Shown piece after piece: positions 15,334 to 21,398 of a stretch of 21,398 nt of DNA. The notes beneath the pieces are model-generated. The model did no database searches and was not told the DNA's origin. It was given only the letters and a program-made list of their open reading frames with translations. Within the stretch, counting starts at the first letter, position 1. The number at the start of each line of letters is the position of its first letter. The stretch is from contig JBHEMM010000001.1 of NCBI GenBank assembly GCA_046262595.1, positions 1 through 21,398 of the forward strand, in the 5' to 3' direction. The DNA is from Vulcanimicrobiaceae bacterium. Its GTDB lineage: Bacteria; Vulcanimicrobiota; Vulcanimicrobiia; Vulcanimicrobiales; Vulcanimicrobiaceae. The translations under genes were made by a program, and so were the position numbers.

Positions 15334-15492
15334 ATGGCTGCGATGCTCGATCTCATGCACGATGAAAACGCCGCGACGATGGTTGAATACGCCATCATGG
15401 CGGCGCTTATCGCTGCCGTGTGTCTTGCACTCGTGCTCAGCGTCGGCGCAAAAACCCGCAACGAATATTCAGCGTTCAATGCCCTATATTAG
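15334..15492 (+). CDS. flp: Second Flp pilin paralogue (52 aa)
   Basis: MAAMLDLMHDENA|ATMVEYAIMAALIAAVCLALVLSVGAKTRNEYSAFNALY*. Same total length and 13-aa leader length as flp1. Confidence 0.85.
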   Translation: MAAMLDLMHDENAATMVEYAIMAALIAAVCLALVLSVGAKTRNEYSAFNALY

Positions 15493-15502
15493 CGCGCATC
15501 AC

Positions 15503-16018
15503 ATGCAAGCCGCCTTCGTTTTGGTGGTCGCCGCAGCAGCGGCGGGCGCCGTTTTCGACGTACGCACGCGACGCATTCCAAACGCTCTCGCCGCCGGACT
15601 TTTCGCTGCCGGCTTAGCGGTAAACGCGCTTGCCGGCATGCATTTTGCGGCGCTCGACCTGCTGATCGCGGCCGGCGTGCTGCTGGCCGGAACGGCGGCG
15701 TTTTCGCTAAAGCTTATCGGCGGCGGCGACGTCAAGCTGCTCGCGGCCGCTGCTGGAACGCTCGCGTATCCGGCCGGCATCGTTTTCATTCTTTTCACGT
15801 TTTTGAGCGGAGGCGCGATCGCCGTCTTGGTCGCGCTCGCGCGCGGCACGGCGCGCGCAACGTTCGCCAACGTCCGGGGCATCGCACTGCCGCTCCTCGC
15901 CGGCGTTCAGCCGGCGCGGCTGCAAGGCGGTACATCCATGCCGTATGCGCTGGCAATCTGCGCGGGCGCGGTCATCGCGTTCGCCACTAACGGCCTCGTG
16001 CCGCATTTGAGGTTTTAA
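15503..16018 (+). CDS. tadV: Prepilin peptidase CpaA/TadV (A24)
   Basis: Catalytic Asp motifs FDVRTRRIPN and IGGGDVKL, with C-terminal MPYALAI. Lies between flp and rcpC. Alternative ATG at 15479. Confidence 0.9.
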   Translation: MQAAFVLVVAAAAAGAVFDVRTRRIPNALAAGLFAAGLAVNALAGMHFAALDLLIAAGVLLAGTAAFSLKLIGGGDVKLLAAAAGTLAYPAGIVFILFTFLSGGAIAVLVALARGTARATFANVRGIALPLLAGVQPARLQGGTSMPYALAICAGAVIAFATNGLVPHLRF

Positions 16019-16938
16019 TGCTCGCCACGATGACTACTCGCCGCACGACGCTCATTGTCGCACTGGTTTTGGCTTTGGGAACGGGCTGGCTGACACTCAG
16101 CTATCTCTCCAACTTGCAACGTCAAACCAATGCGAATACCGCACCCATCCGGGTGATTGTGGCCGGGCAAGAGATTCCCGCGCGCGTTCCGATTACCGAG
16201 GCGATGCTCGGCGCCGTCTCACGTCCGGCCAACGCCGTCGATCCGAATACGATTACCGACCCGCGTCAAGTCGTAGGATCGCTCTCGCTCATCACCATTC
16301 CCGCAGGGGCGAGCTTGACCGGCGCGATGATCGGCCACCCGAGCGACGTCGGCCTGACCGTACGATTGAAGCCGGGGTTGCGCGCGGTCAGCATTTCCAT
16401 CGATAAGGTCAAGGGCATCTCGGGTCTCGTGCAGCCGGGCGACTTCGTGGATGTCATCGCGCAGGCACCGAAGTCGGGGGCGGCGCCGCCGCCCGCCGCG
16501 ACGATTTTGCGCGGCGTACGCGTTCTTTCGATCGGTGACGATCTCGAATCGAGCTCGGCCACGCCCTCGCCGCAAGAACAGCTCGCGACAACCGTTACGC
16601 TCGAGGTGACGCCGAAGCAAGCGAACCTCCTTGTCATGGCCGATCTCAACACATCGCTGCGTTTGGCGCTCCGTTCCCCCAAAGAACCGTTGAATTCCCA
16701 GCCGACCGAAGTGCTCCATTTCGATCAAGGCCAGAGCTCTTCCGGCGGCGGCGGCGGCGGCATTCCCGCTGCTGGTCCTTCACAAGCCCTTGCCGACGCG
16801 GCATTGCTCAAGGCGATCACGAGTAACGACGCCCCGCCGCGCGCTCCCGCTGCGGCTCGCGCTCCCGCCGCCGGCGCGCAATCCGGTGCCGTGACCGTCA
16901 TTGACGGAGATCACTACACCGGAACGCCTCAACAATGA
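16018..16938 (+). CDS. cpaB: Flp pilus assembly protein CpaB/RcpC
   Basis: N-terminal TM, SAF-like domain (VIVAGQEIPARVPITEAML) and RcpC motifs GLRAVSISID..GISGLVQPGDFVDVI, ILRGVRVLSIG, TVTLEVTPKQA and LRLALRS. Confidence 0.93.
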   Translation: MLATMTTRRTTLIVALVLALGTGWLTLSYLSNLQRQTNANTAPIRVIVAGQEIPARVPITEAMLGAVSRPANAVDPNTITDPRQVVGSLSLITIPAGASLTGAMIGHPSDVGLTVRLKPGLRAVSISIDKVKGISGLVQPGDFVDVIAQAPKSGAAPPPAATILRGVRVLSIGDDLESSSATPSPQEQLATTVTLEVTPKQANLLVMADLNTSLRLALRSPKEPLNSQPTEVLHFDQGQSSSGGGGGGIPAAGPSQALADAALLKAITSNDAPPRAPAAARAPAAGAQSGAVTVIDGDHYTGTPQQ

Positions 16939-19034
16939 GCGCCCCCTTTTTCGCCTTCGTGAACGCGAAGGGCGGATCCGGCGCGACGACCGTGTGCGCG
17001 GAGCTCGCGAAGAGTATGCGGCACGGGAAAAAAGTGCTCGCCGTGGATGGCGATCTCTCCGGCCGGCGGAACCTCGCCATCCTGCTTGACGCCGTGCGCG
17101 CGCTGGACGGCAAGCGCGAAGGCAACCGCCGGATCGGCATGATTGACGTCAACGGCTTGACCGTTGTGGAGATGGCGCCGTCATTCGATTCGGTCTTTAC
17201 CATCAATAAAGATGAAGTGGAATCGCTTGCCGCCTCGTTCTGGAACGACGCCGGCTGCGGCTTGCTCGACATTCCGATTCCGTTTGCCGCGCCCGTGCGG
17301 GCGTTCGTCGTGCGCACGACGCGTTTCGTCATCGTCGCGGAACCCACGCTGCTCGGTATCGCCTCCGCGGGCACGATGCTGGCCGAGCTGAAAAACTTCG
17401 GAATTCCGCTGACCCGCATCGTGCTGCTCTCCAATGCGCGCGACGCGCAAATAACGGTGACGCGCAGCGAGATCGAGCGCGTGCTTGGCATTAAAGTGAT
17501 TGCCGAGCTTCCGCCGATGACCGACCGCAGCTACGGCAAGGCGCTCGCCATTCTCGAAAAAGTGCTCGGGCAGATCGCCTCCGAGCCCGAGCTTGACAAT
17601 GTCTTTCCTTCCGCCAAAGGCCTCACACAAGACCGCCGATGGGCCGGCGCGCGGAGCGACGAGCAAGACGCTGCGTCCGGCGATGCGCCCTCGCATTTCG
17701 TTCAAACCCCGCAGGACGAAGCGTCACATGAAAAGCTCAAGCTGCTCATCCACGAGTCGCTCGCGCGCAACATCAATTTAATCGAAGCGAGCGCCGCCAG
17801 CAGCGACAGCGCGAAGCTCGCCGAACTGCGCGCAAAGATCGACGAGGTCGCCCAGCAGCTCCTGAGCGAAAAAAACGCCGAAGAAAAAACGTCCGCGAAC
17901 ATGAGCGCCGAAGAGCTGGCGCACATCAAAGAAGAGATCGTGAACGAATCGCTGGGTTTAGGCCCGCTCGAAGACTTGATGGCCGACACCGCGGTCACCG
18001 AGATCATGGTTAACGGACCGAAAATGATCTACGTGGAACGCGCCGGCCGCGTGGCGCAAACGGGGAAACGTTTCACGTCCGCAAAACAGCTGCGCCTGGT
18101 CATCGAGCGGATCATCGCGCCCCTTGGGCGCCGTTTGGACGAATCGGTTCCGATGGTGGACGCGCGCCTGCCCGACGGTTCGCGCGTGAACGCGATCATC
18201 GAACCGCTGGCGATCGACGGCGCGACGCTGACGATCCGCCGCTTCGGCAAAAAACGCATGACGGCGCAAGACCTGATCGACAAAGGGTCGGCAACCGAAG
18301 AGATGCTCGATTTCATGCGCGCATGCATCGAAGCACGGCTCAACATCGTCATCAGCGGCGGCACGGGTTCGGGAAAGACGACGTTTCTAAACATCCTCTC
18401 GGGTTACATTCCCTCACACGAACGCATCATCACCGTCGAAGACGCGGCCGAGCTGTTCCTGAACCAGCCGCATGTCGTGCGATTGGAAACGCGCCCGGCA
18501 AACCTCGAAGGCGCGGGCGAAATCCGCATCCGCGATTTGGTCCGCAACTCGCTGCGCATGCGTCCGGATCGCATCGTGGTCGGCGAATGCCGCGGCGGCG
18601 AAGCGCTTGACATGCTCCAGGCAATGAACACCGGTCACGACGGATCGCTTACGACGGCGCACGCAAATACGCCGCGCGACGCACTCTCGCGGCTGGAAAC
18701 CATGGTCATGATGGCCGGCTTCGACCTGCCGGTGCGCGCGATCCGCGAGCAGATTGCCAGCGCTGTGGATATGATCATTCAAATCGCACGCATGCGCGAC
18801 GGCAGCCGCAAAATCACCTCGATCAGCGAAATCGTCGGCATGGAAGGCGAGGTGGTAACGATGCAGGAGGTCGTGCGCTTCACGCAAGAGGGTATGACGG
18901 CGGACAACAAGGTCGCCGGCGAATTTCAATTCACGGGCGTTCAGCCGCAAGCGCTGCAGCGCTTCGACGAATACGGCGTGCACTTCGACGTGCGCAAGCT
19001 GACCACCATGGCTTCTGCGAGCGCGTTATGGTAA
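16935..19034 (+). CDS. cpaF: Fusion of a CpaE/TadZ-like (MinD/ParA-type) domain and the CpaF/TadA pilus ATPase
   Basis: aa 1-~214: AKGGSGATT, KVLAVDGD, LLDIP, VAEPT, LLSN. aa ~265-699: GLGPLEDLMAD, EIMVNG, VDARLPDGSRVN, Walker A GGTGSGKTT, EDAAEL, LRMRPDRIVVGE and TGHDGSLTTAHAN. Confidence 0.93.
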   Translation: MSAPFFAFVNAKGGSGATTVCAELAKSMRHGKKVLAVDGDLSGRRNLAILLDAVRALDGKREGNRRIGMIDVNGLTVVEMAPSFDSVFTINKDEVESLAASFWNDAGCGLLDIPIPFAAPVRAFVVRTTRFVIVAEPTLLGIASAGTMLAELKNFGIPLTRIVLLSNARDAQITVTRSEIERVLGIKVIAELPPMTDRSYGKALAILEKVLGQIASEPELDNVFPSAKGLTQDRRWAGARSDEQDAASGDAPSHFVQTPQDEASHEKLKLLIHESLARNINLIEASAASSDSAKLAELRAKIDEVAQQLLSEKNAEEKTSANMSAEELAHIKEEIVNESLGLGPLEDLMADTAVTEIMVNGPKMIYVERAGRVAQTGKRFTSAKQLRLVIERIIAPLGRRLDESVPMVDARLPDGSRVNAIIEPLAIDGATLTIRRFGKKRMTAQDLIDKGSATEEMLDFMRACIEARLNIVISGGTGSGKTTFLNILSGYIPSHERIITVEDAAELFLNQPHVVRLETRPANLEGAGEIRIRDLVRNSLRMRPDRIVVGECRGGEALDMLQAMNTGHDGSLTTAHANTPRDALSRLETMVMMAGFDLPVRAIREQIASAVDMIIQIARMRDGSRKITSISEIVGMEGEVVTMQEVVRFTQEGMTADNKVAGEFQFTGVQPQALQRFDEYGVHFDVRKLTTMASASALW

Positions 19035-19849
19035 GCAGCACCAGCGTTTTTCACAAACTCAATTCCGGCAACGATACCGCCGGCGAGGCCCGCGCCCGGA
19101 GGTTCGCCGATCTGCTGGACCGTGCGGGCATCGAACAGCAGCCCGCGCAGATGCTCGCGCTTGCCATCGGGTTCGCCCTGTTCCTGTGGTTTGCGGCGCT
19201 CTTCGTGATGCGCCCCGGCTTGCTGGCGGGTGTTGCGCTGCTTCCGCTGTGCGCCGGCGTTGCGGCGGGCGGCTTTTACTTTTACGTCAACATGAAGGTG
19301 CGCAAACGGCTCGATCAGTTCACGACGCAGTTGGAGATGGCGCTGCGGCTTATCGCAAGCGGCGTACGCATCGGTCTGGGACTGCGCCAGGCGCTTGCGA
19401 TGGTCATCGAAGAGATGCCGAACCCGGCGAAACACGAATATCTGCGCGTGATCGGGCAAACGAACATCGGCGTGAGCGTTTACGACGCGCTGGACAGTTT
19501 AGCGAAACGCATGCCTAGCAATGAAACGCTGATGATGGCGCGCGCGATCCGCATTCAATCGCAGACCGGCGGCGACTTGGGAAAAATCCTGGAGCACCTC
19601 GCATCGACGATCAAAGAGCGTCGCCGCATTCAGCGCAAAATTCGCGCGCTCACCGCGGAAGGGCGTGCGAGCGCCGGCATTCTCTCGGGATTGCCGCCGT
19701 TCTTGGGCGGGTTCATCTCGCTCACCGAACCGCAGATGGGTCATGCGCTCTTCTTTACCGCGCCCGGCCACGTCGCGCTGGCCATCGTTTGCGTGCTCGA
19801 AGGTCTGGGCGTTTTCTTCCTGGCACGCATGCTGAAGATGGATGTCTGA
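19028..19849 (+). CDS. tadB: Tad inner-membrane platform protein TadB (T2SS F domain)
   Basis: Motifs QLEMALRLIASGVRIGLGL, IQSQTGGDLGKILE and RRKIRALTAEGR-like (QRKIRALTAEGRASA). Directly follows cpaF. Confidence 0.9.
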   Translation: MVSSTSVFHKLNSGNDTAGEARARRFADLLDRAGIEQQPAQMLALAIGFALFLWFAALFVMRPGLLAGVALLPLCAGVAAGGFYFYVNMKVRKRLDQFTTQLEMALRLIASGVRIGLGLRQALAMVIEEMPNPAKHEYLRVIGQTNIGVSVYDALDSLAKRMPSNETLMMARAIRIQSQTGGDLGKILEHLASTIKERRRIQRKIRALTAEGRASAGILSGLPPFLGGFISLTEPQMGHALFFTAPGHVALAIVCVLEGLGVFFLARMLKMDV

Positions 19850-20718
19850 TGCCGCACGTTCCTATCGTCATCGTCTTGATCGTCGCGCTCGGCGGCGGCG
19901 CCGTCTTTTTATTCGCGCTCTCGGCGATTCCGCAGAAAAGTCCGCTCAAGAAAACCCTTGAAGAACTCGAAGCGCGCGGATTCCAGCGCGACTCGCGTAA
20001 CGTCAAAGCGTTCGAAAAAATGTTTTCCGCCGAACGGCGCGGACGGCTCAAACGCAAACTTCTGGAAGCCGGCTGGTACAGCGTAACGCCGGCGCAGATG
20101 GGCCTGCGCGTGGCGGCGGGCGGTCTGTTCGGATTTGTTTTTAGCGCCGGCATCCTTGCGATGCTGCACCTCAAACCCGCGCTGACGATCGTCTTGACGC
20201 TGGTCGTCACGGGCGTCGGCGCATTCCTCCCTTTCTCGTCACTCGATAAGGCCGCGCAGGCACGCAAGAATCAGGTGCAAAAAGCGCTGCCCGACTTTTT
20301 GGACATGGTCGCAACCACGGTGCAGGCGGGCCTTTCCATCAATCAGTCGCTCGCGTACGCAATCGATGCGGCGCCGGGCGCCCTGGGGGAGGAGATCAAA
20401 TCGGCGCTCTCGGAGATCCGGTTGGGGCGCGCGCGTTCTGACGCGCTTCGCGCCGCGGCCGATCGCCTGCAGCAGCAGCAGTTTGCAACGACGGTAACGG
20501 CAATCACGCAGGCGGAACGGCTCGGAACGAATATTTCGAAAGTGCTCAACGAACTGGCCGAAGACGTGCGCAATCACCGGATCATGCTGGTGGAGGAGCA
20601 CGCTGCAAAACTTCCCGTGAAGATGGTGTTTCCCATGGCGCTCTTCATGCTGCCCGCGCTGTTCGTCATCATCTTCGGCGCTCTCGCGGCAAACTACATG
20701 TCGCAGCCAAAGCAATGA
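19849..20718 (+). CDS. tadC: Tad inner-membrane platform protein TadC
   Basis: Motifs LPDFLDMVATTVQAGLS, EIRLGRARSDAL, QAERLGT and AAKLPVKMVFPMALFMLPALF. TGATG coupling gives ATG 19849. Confidence 0.92.
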   Translation: MPHVPIVIVLIVALGGGAVFLFALSAIPQKSPLKKTLEELEARGFQRDSRNVKAFEKMFSAERRGRLKRKLLEAGWYSVTPAQMGLRVAAGGLFGFVFSAGILAMLHLKPALTIVLTLVVTGVGAFLPFSSLDKAAQARKNQVQKALPDFLDMVATTVQAGLSINQSLAYAIDAAPGALGEEIKSALSEIRLGRARSDALRAAADRLQQQQFATTVTAITQAERLGTNISKVLNELAEDVRNHRIMLVEEHAAKLPVKMVFPMALFMLPALFVIIFGALAANYMSQPKQ

Positions 20719-21353
20719 TGCATGCGTTCGTTACTCCCGCCGTTCTGTTCGGCGCGTTCTTTTTCGCCGCCGCAGCGTACCTGGGCGTCATCTTGGGCAA
20801 CACGTTTGCCGACCGGCTGCCCGCGCTCGCCGACGGCCCTGCACCGCACGACGTGCCGCTTCCCGCGCTGCTCGCCGTGAGCGCGCTCATCGGCGCAATC
20901 GTCATCGCGTTTTCTGCTCAGAGCTCGCAGATCCTCATGATTGCGATCGTCTGCGTCTGTCTTGCGGCCATTTGGGTCACCGACGCGCGCCGCGGAATCG
21001 TTCCGGACGTCTTTACGCTCGGACCGCTCGCGATCGTTTTGGCGGTCGGACTGTGGAAGCACGAATGGCTGCTGTTCCTCTCGGCGGCGGTGCCGTTCGT
21101 TCCGTTCGCGTTTGCCGCGACGCTCTCAAAGGGACGCGGCATGGGCTGGGGCGACGTAAAGCTCGTGGCGCTGGGCGGCGCCGTACTGGGCGCGCAGCTC
21201 TCGGTCCTCGCGTTCGCGCTTGCTTGTCTGGCGGCGGTCGCAATCAATTATTCGCGCGGCCGCCGGCGCGGCATCATCGCGTTCGCGCCCTATTTAGCCA
21301 CGTCGATCGCCCTGGCGCTTCCGCTCGGCATGTTTTTGGCCGCTTGGCGGTAA
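20715..21353 (+). CDS. Second A24 prepilin peptidase (PilD-like protease domain, no Cys4 Zn/methylase domain)
   Basis: Motifs WVTDARRGIVPD, GRGMGWGDVKL and IAFAPYL. 212 aa. ATGA overlap with tadC. Confidence 0.87.
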   Translation: MMHAFVTPAVLFGAFFFAAAAYLGVILGNTFADRLPALADGPAPHDVPLPALLAVSALIGAIVIAFSAQSSQILMIAIVCVCLAAIWVTDARRGIVPDVFTLGPLAIVLAVGLWKHEWLLFLSAAVPFVPFAFAATLSKGRGMGWGDVKLVALGGAVLGAQLSVLAFALACLAAVAINYSRGRRRGIIAFAPYLATSIALALPLGMFLAAWR

Positions 21354-21398
21354 GCGCGTTGGGGCACTTGAAAAATACGACGACATCCGAGATCATCG

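Noticed and set aside
16744..16868. (GGC)6 tract and an 18-nt-period repeat (RAPAAARAPAA) in cpaB
   Set aside because: In-frame low-complexity linker typical of CpaB C-termini. It is neither a phase-variation tract nor an array.
17625..17660. QDRRWAGAR in the TadZ-TadA linker as a c-di-GMP-binding RxxxR motif
   Set aside because: The Arg spacing does not fit RxxxR, and no PilZ or MshEN domain is evident.
21368..21398. Possible start of a next gene (TTG AAA AAT ACG ACG ACA TCC GAG ATC ATC)
   Set aside because: Only 10 codons are visible and the RBS is weak. It cannot be supported.
1..21398. CRISPR arrays, tRNA/rRNA, IS or integrase genes, defence systems
   Set aside because: No regularly spaced repeats, RNA-gene signatures, or transposase, recombinase or nuclease motifs were seen. 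Nearly all of the sequence is explained by the listed CDSs.

Overview
GC-rich bacterial DNA. The host is diderm, since it encodes an outer-membrane secretin. A non-proteobacterial soil lineage such as Eremiobacterota is only an impression and cannot be established from the sequence. The left half (1-9268, + strand) starts with a sigma70-type promoter driving a 4-TM membrane protein and an Xre HTH regulator. A structured leader follows, then a tightly coupled run: nadA-nadB-nadC (de novo NAD synthesis), Xaa-Pro aminopeptidase, NCS1 permease, ABC-2 ATPase and permease. The right half (9278-21353) is a complete-looking but atypical Tad/Flp (type IVc) pilus locus split into two divergent operons. 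The leftward operon carries the rcpA secretin, a Flp-like pilin, three Cys-rich TadE/TadG-like pseudopilins and an uncharacterised bitopic protein with three tandem beta-rich repeats. The rightward operon carries a secreted Ig-like protein, two tandem Flp pilins separated by a 13-bp hairpin (the first is missing from the ORF track), tadV, rcpC, a single-chain CpaE/TadZ-CpaF/TadA fusion ATPase, tadB, tadC and a second, PilD-like prepilin peptidase. The main leads are the TadZ-TadA fusion, the two peptidases, two unknown accessory proteins, and a possible cis-regulatory RNA ahead of nadA. No rRNA, tRNA, CRISPR array or mobile element was seen.
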